64,000 nucleotides of DNA, taken from positions 620,001 through 684,000 of the forward strand of contig MU008153.1 of the NCBI GenBank assembly GCA_010909165.1, written 5' to 3'. Below are positions 1 to 10,631 of the stretch, piece after piece. The stretch comes from Anthoceros angustus. Taxonomy: Eukaryota > Plantae > Anthocerotophyta. The notes below the pieces were generated by a model that worked only from the letters and a program-made list of their open reading frames with translations, searched no databases and had not been told where the DNA came from. Within the stretch, counting starts at the first letter, position 1. Each line of letters opens with the position of its first letter. A program made the position numbers and the translations under genes.

Positions 1-2181
1 TGTCAGCTTCGCCTTCCGTTCCTGCTCCTTCTTCTCTCACTCCTCCTCTATCTACCACCCCAACTATATGTTGCCAAGCTGCTGAGGTCATTCAAACACC
101 CCTCCTCCTCGTCCCCAGCCTCGTCTCATTGTAGACCGACTTCTTGAAAAATGTGCAAGCTGCATCGCCAGAGCAAACAACGCCATCAAGATTCTCTGAC
201 ATACTTGTCTGAAAATCCTATAGTGCACCCGTTGGCTGCTGGCCAACCTGGGACTTGCTTGTCCAATGCCCAAAGTTACGGCAGCCACCTTGGTAATAAT
301 CTTTTTAGTGAACTAGAACGGGTTTACTTAATGATAATTTTATATTTTACTTGAAGATAGTATTTTTTAGTGAATATATTCTATTTAATTTAGAGGATCT
401 CAATAAAGCCCTTCAATATGCTGCCAGTAAAAAGGCCACAAGTGTTGGCTTCACTCCCAATTTAAGACATACGCAATTTCGCAAAGCTCTCACACTCTCG
501 ACGCAACACTAGGCTCAAAAAAGCCCGTTATCAATTGATGACTCGCAGACTAGCTCCTCAAGGGGCTACTCTTTATTCAAATAATATACCATAGAGTCTA
601 GCTATATACACCCTTTTGTCCCACCCTTGACTCGGCAATAAGTTCGTCTAACCGATCTCTCCTTAGCTACCACAACACAAGCCATAGACTAGAATGCAGT
701 ACAACAATAGTTCTCTAAGCCTTTGCTCTAGTCCTTACATATCCCGCAGGCTGCCCTCGATCAACTAGGCAACTGCTAACCTTGGGAATTCTTGCAGACT
801 ATTGATCACTATGAGTCCTCTCTAGGCACTTCTAAAACATGCAACCACATGAAGCTTCTTAACATGGCATTTATTAATTAACTCATTTATTTTTTATTTT
901 CTACCTTTTTTATATTATTTCATCATTATCTGTTACTCTTCAAAGGATATTACAACAGCGGAGATAACCAACCACGAAGTGCCAAAGAACTTTATAACAG
1001 CGAACCATTGGGTAGAGATCGTATATCGGGCAGCCTTTGATGATCTTACATTAGCATCCCTTTTTCTTTTGGGCTCAGATGAGCTCAAGGAGGATCTTAT
1101 ATCAAGCGGCCCCCAAGGGCTTTGACAGCAAAGATTTTATATCATTCAGCCCCGAAGGACTTCTGAACAAGTAGGCCATTTAGGGAAATGACTCGAGGAT
1201 TGCTTAACCATGAATTTGCAATGAGCTCCTGGCTATCCTGTCACTCCTCAAGGAAGAACAAACTCCCTGCTATCGTCTCACTCCTCAAGGGAGGACAAAC
1301 TCCCACCTATCGTGTCGCTCCTCAAGGGAGGACATGTAATAATCTTTGTGGTTCCTTTCTATGTGTATTAGGTATTTGAAAAGGTTAATTAGTATATTTT
1401 GACATATGCTCTGCAGGTTCAGACACTACTCCTTCATATTCTTTTCTATGTCAGTTTTCTGCATTGGTTTAGACATTGTTCCTTAATAATCTCAGCTGGT
1501 TTTCCACGTTGGTTTCAAACATTTCTCTTTAATACTCTTTTTAACTTTGGCTCGGACACTCCTCCTTAATAAATATGTAAGAGTTTTAATTCTGAGTAAA
1601 GCTAATCGCTATACAAATTAAAAATAGGTATTTTAATTACCCAGGTGGTTCTACCTAGGAGCATAAGGGGTTCAGACATTGCTCCTCATTAGACTAGAAT
1701 GGATTCTCCTTCTTCCTTAATAAACAGATAGGTCTTTTTATGTCCTGACCCATCTAAGATTTTAAATTCTGTTTATGAAGTATAAGGCTTTCTCATTACT
1801 TGGAAAAACCTTGCTCCCATCCTGCTACATATCTTATAGGTAGCGAATGAAATTATAATTTTATCTATTTATATTATTAAAATAAAAATTTAATGTTTTT
1901 TATTTTCAATTCAGTACAAATTGATCACTGATTTTGATACACCTAGGTAGTTTTTTGTTCTAACAAAGCTAGAGGGTCCTCTATGTAGTTTAGAAAGCCC
2001 TATAGAGGACCAATCCATGTTGCTTAGTGACATTTACTTTTTCCATGTGCAAGACCTAAGTATGTAGAACTTGTTTTCATTGGAAAAAGAGTTAGTATCC
2101 CTATGAAAAAGATAAATCATAGGAAGGCATTCATGCTATAAAATACCAATGCACTTCACTACCAAGCACTAAACAAGGGTA

Positions 2182-3179
2182 CGAACATCACAGCACCTCC
2201 CGAGATGATTTGTAGATCAACTCTTTACTGAAACAACTGCCGCTAGATATGAAGACTACGCTAGAAAGAACCTAGAAAGAACCGTTCATAGACCATTAAT
2301 GTAATGATTAGTTTAATAAAATTAAGCACACATAAAGATGAGTGGCCCCATCTACCCCAAGAAAAAAGCCTTCAAAGTCATGGCAAAGTGGAGAGAAGTT
2401 ATAAGTTGCCACACATCGAAGTAGATGCAATTATAATATACCTACTATGTTACAATAATGTTTTTTTTAACTCTAAATTCAACCAAAACAAGAACCATAG
2501 CAACTCCTCACTGCAGCTCTTGCAAAGGGTATGTAACTTAAACAATACCATCCAAGCGCTAAGACTTCACCCACTATGCAAACTACAGTCAAAATAAAAC
2601 TATGAAGATGCATAGAAAAGAGAGCTGCACACAGGCTACCAATGTACATAAAACTGGCTGATGCTCTATCCGGGTCGAACATCACAAAGACCTCCCAGAT
2701 GATTTGTAGATCAACTCTTTCTTTGAAACAAGCGCTAGATATGAAGACTACGCTAGAAAGAACCTAGAAAGAACCGCTCATAGACCATTAATGTAATGAT
2801 TAGTTTAATAAAATTAAGCACACATAAAGATGAGTGGCCCCATCTACCCCAAGAAAAAAGCCTTCAAAGTCATGGCAAAGTGGAGAGAAGTTATAAGTTG
2901 CCACACATCGAAGTAGATGCAATTATAATATACCTACTATGTTACAATAATGTTTTTTTTAACTCTAAATTCAACCAAAACAAGAACCATAGCAACTCCT
3001 CACTGCAGCTCTTGCAAAGGGTATGTAACTTAAACAATACCATCCAAGCGCTAAGACTTCACCCACTATGCAAACTACAGTCAAAATAAAACTATGAAGA
3101 TGCATAGAACAAAAGAGAGCTGCACACAGGCTACCAATGTACATAAAACTGGCTGATGCTCTATCTGGGTCGAACATCA
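2182..3179. repeat. Tandem duplication, ~494-bp unit x2, covering the SFT2 3' half and its 3' flank
   Basis: Identical 97-aa spurious ORFs at 2304 and 2796. The 9-mer CGAACATCA occurs at 2182, 2676 and 3171, marking the unit boundaries. The copies differ by small indels. Confidence 0.95.
2479..2685 (-). pseudogene. 5'-truncated duplicate of the SFT2 C-terminal 68 aa
   Basis: MMFDPDRASAS...CYGSCFG matches the end of 2971..3507 apart from one codon deletion (ALFS vs ALFCS). Confidence 0.85.
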
Positions 3180-3507
3180 TTTTACACTGTTTTGTTGGTC
3201 CCATGAGGAACATTGAGCTTCCCATTGCTAGTAAATTTCCTAATGTGAAAGTGGAGGCAAAACGTTTAGGTGTTATGATCATAAATGTGGAAATAAATAT
3301 GAAAAAAATACCTAAACCAAGACAAATTGCAAATCCATACATTCTACTAGTACGTGACATATTACAAGCTTGGCCTAGTTCATCCATGGTAGATTGTTCT
3401 TGAGGATTCACTGCACTGGAAGCCATATTTGCCATGCCACGCATCTTGTCCATAGCTGAACCACCGCCCCCCACACCAAAAGCGGCGGCAGCAGCAAACG
3501 AATCCAT
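2971..3507 (-). CDS. SFT2: Got1/Sft2-family vesicle transport membrane protein, intronless, 178 aa
   Basis: Family motifs RMYGFAICLGLG, FTLGNLLAMGSSMFLMGP.KQ..MMFDPDR and WYCLSYIPFAR, plus four hydrophobic segments. Confidence 0.9.
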   Translation of the reverse strand: MDSFAAAAAFGVGGGGSAMDKMRGMANMASSAVNPQEQSTMDELGQACNMSRTSRMYGFAICLGLGIFFIFISTFMIITPKRFASTFTLGNLLAMGSSMFLMGPTKQCKMMFDPDRASASFMYIGSLCAALFCSMHLHSFILTVVCIVGEVLALGWYCLSYIPFARAAVRSCYGSCFG

Positions 3508-4217
3508 TGTATTTCTTATGGCAAGTAGTTAAGGAGAAACTGCTCTTTAAGACATTCTTCTCAAGCTCCGGGGAGTGTTTTGTTGATGATGATGTTAGCT
3601 TTTTTCATAGTGTTAACATTCAAATCCTTTACAAATTAAGAATGGAAAGAAGTGACTAAATTTGATTTGTTGGTTTGTCTTTATCTTAAGTTCTCGGTTG
3701 CCAAATTCATATATCCCAATGCATTTTTTTCAAATATGGCTTGATCAAATATTCTTACTACACATTTCTGTCAACCTTCTCTGGTCCTTCTAAATAATGG
3801 TATTATTATTCCTACATTCTTGGTACTTTTGTATGCTTATCATTTTTCTTCAAACATTGATTTTCGTTCCTTCATTTTCCCTCCTTCCATTCTTGTTTCT
3901 TTCATTTTTCTCTTCATTTTTCCCTTCTTTCATTCTTGTTATCATTTCTATGAACAGTTATGCGTGATATAATAATACATTAATATTTAACATTTCAAGT
4001 AATAGCAACATCCGTTAGGTGAGCTTCAGAAGAATCCATTAAGAAGTAGGTTAATAGACCCCTAATACCCCGTTAGGGGTGAGAATTTCTTTTCTACAAA
4101 TAAAGGCTTTACACAGTTCGTCAAAGTGAGTTCGATCCAAATGGAACGAGACTCGGCCAGCCTGAGGGTTTTATCGTGCGTTGCGCACACAAAAGCAAGT
4201 GGGTTGGATCGATCAGG

Positions 4218-5964
4218 CTAAACCCTGGTGGCGTTCATACTTCTCCAGAGTTTTTCTTTGAAAGTCCGTTCCACCTCAAACATGCTGGGTCTAAGTCTCT
4301 TGACACTATTCGTACAGCGTCTGGCCACTTCCAGCACAACCTGCAGCTCGGTGACATCCACCTCCTTGCCCAGCAAGGGATCCACAAGGGACAACGGGTC
4401 TTGAGAGGCAGAAATTTTGTGTGCCCAGGAGGACATGAGCTCTTGTTCTGGAACACCCAACAGCAACTCCAACAACACAACACCAAAGCCGTGAATGTCC
4501 TCCTTCAGGGCAGATGCCCGAGGAGACTGCACCTCAGGAAATCCCAGAGCGTTGCTGAACTTGGAGAAATTTCCTGCAACTGCATCTGGCCTCATGAGCT
4601 TAAGCAAGCACCAGTCTCCCAGCTTAGCCGAGCAGGGTTCACCTAGAAAGATCTTGGATGACTTGATGCTGCCGTGCATAATCGGGGGGATCATAAACTG
4701 GTGCAAGTACTGCATCCCACTTGCAACATCATATGCAATGCGCATTCGGTGTGCCCAGTTCAAGGCTGCTGCTGCAGCACCTTTAGAGCTGTGGAGCCGG
4801 TCGGATAGGCTTCCCTTCTGCATGTGCTCCAAGACAACGATGTGCTCTCCTGCAAGGTGGGCACACCCAGTCAGAAACACCAATCAATCAATCAGTCACG
4901 AGGGCTTCATAAAGTGTGCTAGTACACCTACCTCTCTCTTGACAAAAGCCCAGAAGATCCACCAGACAAGGATGTTGGACTTTAGCAATGGAGGATGTTT
5001 CAATGTTGAAGTCCCCATCATAGCCTCCACCCGAAATCTCCCTCTTCACAACGGCCCAAGTCTTGTCCGGAAACCGAGCTATGTAGGACTCCCAAAACTC
5101 ATCCTTCCCCACCAGAGTAGTGAACTGGCTTGTTGCATGCTCCAGCTCTTCGTAACCGAACATCCGCAGCCTACTGGGCGCATCACTCTCTGCTGAACGA
5201 CAGGAAAAGGGGCCGCTCTTCTCTATAAGCCTGGTGAGCTCCGAGGTCTTCTGAGCTCGGTACTTATGCCAAAACAGCCACAGCAAGACTCCGAACACAA
5301 ATGCCAACGCCCAGCCCAAGGAGGCAGCAACAGCAAGCCCTACAATCAGAAACATGTTTAAATTAAATCCTCCATGCTCCTCCCCCTGTTCTTCCTCCCC
5401 ACGAGATCTCAAACTCCGATCCTGCAACGTGTAGGCTTCTCCAACCCCTTCTTCCCTTGCTGCCAAGAGTGTGAAGCTCATCCCAGGTGCAACCTCGGTG
5501 AGCGTCAAATTTGCAGCATCGTCCGATTTCTGCACAACCTTCAAGAACATGGTTTTCCCGCCAGTAATCCGAGATGGCCCGTGCTCAAACATCCTCCGCT
5601 TGTAAACCCACCTCTGGCTCTCAATCTCACTGCAATTCCCAAGAACCAACCCACAACACCCAGCATTGGCCCATACTGCTTCCGCACACAGCGTTCCATC
5701 TCCCTCTACAGACAAAGAGCCCGCACCAACATCGTACCTCCAACGCTGCGCACCACCTCCCACCCAACAGGGAGCCAGATACACAGCACCGCCCACTCTC
5801 ACGTTGCCCGCTTTCAGACACCAGGCCTCCCCCAATTCCGGGCCTTCAGCAACAACCCAACTCCAGGCCGCGCATTCCTGCAACCCGGCGCTCCAGGTCA
5901 GCAGCACAAGCAGTCCTAGAGCCGCCACCCTGAGCATCCGAGCGATCTGCAACCGGCCCATCAA
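4218..5964 (-). CDS. Receptor-like (pseudo)kinase with ricin-B/R-type lectin-like ectodomain; 2 exons (5964-4932, 4849-4218), 554 aa
   Basis: Signal peptide; CL..(QxW) repeats WCLK...AQRWRY...LCAE...SQRWVY; TM helix LIVGLAVAASLGWALAFVFGVLLWLFW; RLK/Pelle kinase (FGYEELEHAT, QHPCLVDLLGFC, LNWAHRMRIAYDVASGMQYLH, RPSMFEV). The 82-nt GT-AG intron 4931-4850 joins the two ORFs in frame. Confidence 0.9.
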
Positions 5965-7429
5965 CCCACCACCACATGTCTGTCATGTAGCATGACCCAA
6001 GCTCTTCCCACCACGCCTTTTCCCCATCTTGATATCCCCCATTAAGCTCAGCTCGTCCCCTGACCATCAACAGGTTACTTGTGCTGGGCAACGGTAAACT
6101 GGGTCGACTCTCGGCTGTCCCAGTCCCGATAATTGCAGGGCTCGTGAGTGCGGCTATGCCCATCGCTCTTCACGGCACACTGCTGTTACAGGCTGCGTGT
6201 ACGACAGATGAGCGACAGCAGAGGACGCTGGATGTGCTGAGAGCCTGGTCCCAGCCGCGCCCCACCCAGGGGCCAGCTAGCAGGTTGCTGTCCTATGTAG
6301 ATACACACATCGATGCTACAGGCCGGCAAATGTAGACGGTTTGTAGACCGACGATCTTTTGTTACATTTGACAAGGTCTGACTTTACGCCGTCTTCCCAC
6401 GTCTCCACTTAATTCTACGTCACTCACTGTTGGAAAACAGGCAGCAGTGTCGTCTCTAAAGGAACTTCTTCCGCTTCAGCATGCGTCCAAAGCGTCTCAG
6501 GCCCTCGGGCCTCTTTCAGGTCCTGTGTGACCGTTTTTCTCTTGGGATATGTTCATCAAAAAAACCTTGACAGTACGAAAGACACGCCCGATGCTACTCC
6601 TGACGGACCGATCGCCTCTGTTTGTTGATGTCACCTATTATTATGGTCCTGTAGTTATGTGAATCATTCGCTTCTAAGAGACACTCTTACCACCTATCCC
6701 TTCCAAGTATTCAAAAGCTGGTGCTGGAAGATGTGCGTAGATTCCATTTCAGGTTTCGAGGGTCAAATTCTTCAAGCACAACTATTGGCGGAGTGTCGGC
6801 CTCGTATCGCATACTCTACCCACCTCACGGACCATCTGGCTCGATCTCTGTCCGAGTCTTTGATATCAAGGTGGTAGAGATATCACACCTTGGTAGAGAT
6901 ATTAGACAACATATCTGTTGTTCTGTACAGATGTTGTCCCACCTTGATTATATACTCGTTGTGAGAACTCTAATGTCGTGCAAGTGCCACTTAGCTGCAT
7001 CAAGTAGCCAATTACGGTCACACTAACTTAATTTGTTATGTAATTATTGGAACACGCTCATCACATAAGCAACCTCATGCTGCAGCCTACACTTGATGAA
7101 ATTGGGCTTCACCGCCTGCAGTGCATGTACACTTCTTGCCACATTTACAAGTGAGCCGGCTTGGAAAGGGTCATGCAATCTTCATTCTTACACACATGCA
7201 TACACCTCAACACACTCGCACACAACATTCAATTTATTGCTTAGACCACGAACCAGCAACAGCTAGTTTGTGCGATGCACTACAGGCTTTGCATAAGCTT
7301 AGCTTAGCGCTCCTTTATCTTGATGTTCCACGTCTCAGTTCGTCTTCGTCGCCTTAATGCCGCCGAAGCTCGCTATTGGCACATGTGCGGGGTGCTGCTC
7401 AGCCTATGCTACGCCAATCGTGTTGTTGT

Positions 7430-7900
7430 GTCTAAACATTGCTGAGCCTGCATGTTGAACGTTGCTTACTTTGCAAACTAGTTGAACGTTTATGAGCAGA
7501 TTGCATGCATGCTGCTACTGCTGAAAATTCCTTGACGATTTTTTTTGCTGAGTTTTGTTGTTTGATCCTGCTATGCTCGTTTAGATTCATGTTGCTGTGC
7601 TTGAAGGTTACTAAGCCTACATGTTGAACGCTGCTAACCTTGCAATCTGGTTGCATGCTGCTAACATTGCAATCTGGTTGAACGCTGCTAACCTTGCAAT
7701 CTGGTTGACCGTTTATCAGTAGATTGCATGCTGAGCACTAAAACTGCTGGGAATTCCTTGCCGATATTTTATACTGAGTTTTAATTTGTTGTTCGATCTC
7801 GCTATGCTTGTTTAGATTCGAGTTGGTGTGACTGAACGTTGCTGAGCCTCCAAACTGAACGTTGTTGACCTTGCAATTTGGTTGAACGTTGTTGGGATTG
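7430..7900. repeat. Diverged ~230-bp tandem repeat containing short GCTGCTAACCTTGCAATCTGGTT subrepeats
   Basis: The block GGAATTCCTTG..GAT..TTT..ACTGAGTTTT..GTTTAGATTC recurs near 7525 and 7750. The subrepeat occurs three times at 7630-7710. Confidence 0.7.
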
Positions 7901-9493
7901 TATGCTGAACTTTGTTAAGCCAGAACATTGGTGAGCCTATTGCACGTTGTTGAGCCTACTACACGTCACTGAGCCTGCCAGCATCCTGCTGAACTTAGTT
8001 GCTTGCCTTGGAGGGTTTGCTTTGAGTTCATCAAATTTAAAAGGTGTGTCTCTGTTTGCTTTGAAGTTGTGCGTTTGCAGTCATGTGCCATCTTGTACAC
8101 AAATGCACATTATGTGCTTGCTAGACGCCTACTAGTGCTCTAATTTCGTGGGCTTTGAATTATGACTGTGCATTTTGGTTATCTGAAAATTTTGCTTTTG
8201 GGAGTTGAGCATTTCATCATGAAGTGCCTTGCAGCCCATCAGGCACGTGGAGTAGTTGAGTATATAGTCATGTCTTACCTACTAGTTAGTTGGCTAGGTA
8301 ATGGACATGTGGTCTAGTTTCGTTTTGTCACTTATGGATGTTGATCATTTTGTCACATGTGTACTTTGATCATCACTCATGTATTGCCATTTGGTCATCC
8401 TCCACCTGTCCAAATGCAGAGCCCTGCATCTTCACATGTCTTGTTGTGCCTCTAACATGTGTAGGGTTTGATACTTCGGAAATTTAAACGAAGATAAGAA
8501 TACAGTTGATGACAAACTTCATTGGCCTTTCAGAATCAAAGAGCCGTTTCGCAGCTAGTGCCATTGAGAACATGGCCAATTTGGTAACAGTTAAAATGAT
8601 GTTAAAGGTGAATTATTCTGTGAAGTAATACTACCTTCAAATACCTTCAATCCTGAATCATGCTGATGTGGTTTTGCAGGTAAAGGATGCACATGTTGCT
8701 CGAGTTTAGTGTCTCACTAAGAAGAATCAAGAGTTAAAAGAATAATAAACATGCCAACAATAAGAAGCGTGACGACTTGCTTTTTACCATCAACTTGGTC
8801 GAGGATTTACGTCAAGCCCTCAACCGATACATAGTTTGAGTCTGAAAAAGCCAAGCATTCCTAAGTGGATTCCAACTCCTTGCTACACCAACCAGGATAC
8901 ATCCCTCCGTATCATGAGGTAGTATTGTGTGTGCGCTAAGTTGTCCTCATGCTATTTTTGGGAACTTGGTTCGTCTTCTTCAATCATTGTCCACTACCCT
9001 AATTACAATAATTGCCTTGTGGTGCTTTATAGGGGGTTTTCTTCTTATGATTTTGTGGTCCTCCCTTGTGGACTTTTTTATCATTATGCATGCCTTTAGC
9101 AACACTTGCTGATCAAGCTGACGTGTCCCAATCCTGCATGCCAGGTTCAAGGATCCCTACACAGTAAATAAATTGAAGGCTAAGGGTTGGCCATCTACAA
9201 GAGGCGCAACCACCCAACTCTATATGGCCTCATCCACTGGTTCGCTCTTGGCAGGAGATGTAGAGCTCTGTAAGGGACGTGTACACGAGTTGTGGTGGTG
9301 CCTTGCACAAACTCCCTTAGTATGAGTCAAGAGGAGGCACGCAAGTGTGACGAGGTATTTTGCTACCACCCGTGACAGTCCACTACCAGGTCCCTGGAAT
9401 TGGAGCATATGGGTATTGACCATGCCGCCTTGACCCGCCTCCAACTCTCGAGAAAATCACACACCACATACCAACCACAAGTAGCCTATGCTC

Positions 9494-9618
9494 GCCACAA
9501 GCCTTGCCCACCTGTTGGGCTGAGAACACCCATGCCCGCCACAAGCCTTGCCCGCCTGTTGGACCGAGAACACCCATTCCTGCCACAAGCCTTGCCTACC
9601 TGTTGGACTGAGAACATC
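9494..9618. repeat. 44-bp minisatellite x3
   Basis: GCCACAAGCCTTGCC..CCTGTTGG..GAGAACA starts at 9494, 9538 and 9582. Confidence 0.9.
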
Positions 9619-10631
9619 CGTAATCATTGCTCACTAAAGTAAACAGCAAACCATGCTTGCACCCTCAACCTTATGAATTCAACTAGGAATGTGTTGGATT
9701 GCATATCCCAATGAGTTGAGGGAGGAGCTAATGAATTTGGTGCATATAGTCCATCCAATTGTGCGGTGCAAAGGGTCACATGGTGAAAATTTTGGGAAGG
9801 TTTCTCGAGCTCGCAATCATAGTACCTTGGGTAATGTGAAGCCAACAACACAATCAGATGAGGACAAAAGGTATGTCGAACGAAAACCTTCACCCGGCTT
9901 CTGTTAGGCAGGATGCTTGGCAAGAATTCCCTCGTCCTTGCCCTACGACGCCATCCACAAGAGAAATTGCCTGTAAGATGCAGAAGAAAGACACGAAATG
10001 AAAGCATAATGGAAGCAAGAGGGCGAGGATTGTGCAGGGTAAGATGTAGAGGCTCCTCGTTGGAGCTCACTTTTGACATGTGAACTAACTGCGAAAGCCC
10101 TACAAGGATGCTACAAGGTTGTGTCTATGCTTGAATTTGAGAAATGAGCAATGTGGCTTTCCCTTTTGCTCATATGTCCAGTCACGATTTAAGCTCTTCA
10201 CTCTTACTGGTATCACAATATTTGTTTTTGGAAGGGAAGTCTTCAGCGCCGAAATATGTACGTTACCTGTTTGCACAGGGAGGGGTATACAGGACCTACA
10301 CGAATACAAGTAAAGTACGTCTGCAACCGGCTGGGACCCACGCTACTATGGACACGATAGAGGGGCCAGAAGAAGTAGTGATTTCCAAACAAAGAAAGCT
10401 GGTGTTGTGACACCCGGAGGGTTGCGTGCCGCACTGTCTTGCCAACACCCACTTCACTCATTTCGGTGGCAGGTGCTGGACTCGGCGATTGAAACGAGCC
10501 GGGCTTGCTTGCTTGCTTAGTCCAGTCCACGCAGCTTTGCTTCCTCCCGGAGCTCGCACTCGCACTTCACTCGTGTTGGCAGGGCCAGATCCAGGCGGAA
10601 GAATTTGATTCAAACTGTGCCCGGGTCGTGA

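Noticed and set aside
2304-3089. Twin 97-aa ORFs MISLIKLSTH...
   Set aside because: They are antisense to SFT2 and its 3' flank, and identical only because of the tandem duplication.
6600-10410. Possible genes or TE ORFs between the RLK and trihelix genes
   Set aside because: Only short or stop-interrupted frames are present. No transposase, RT or paired LTR motif could be supported.
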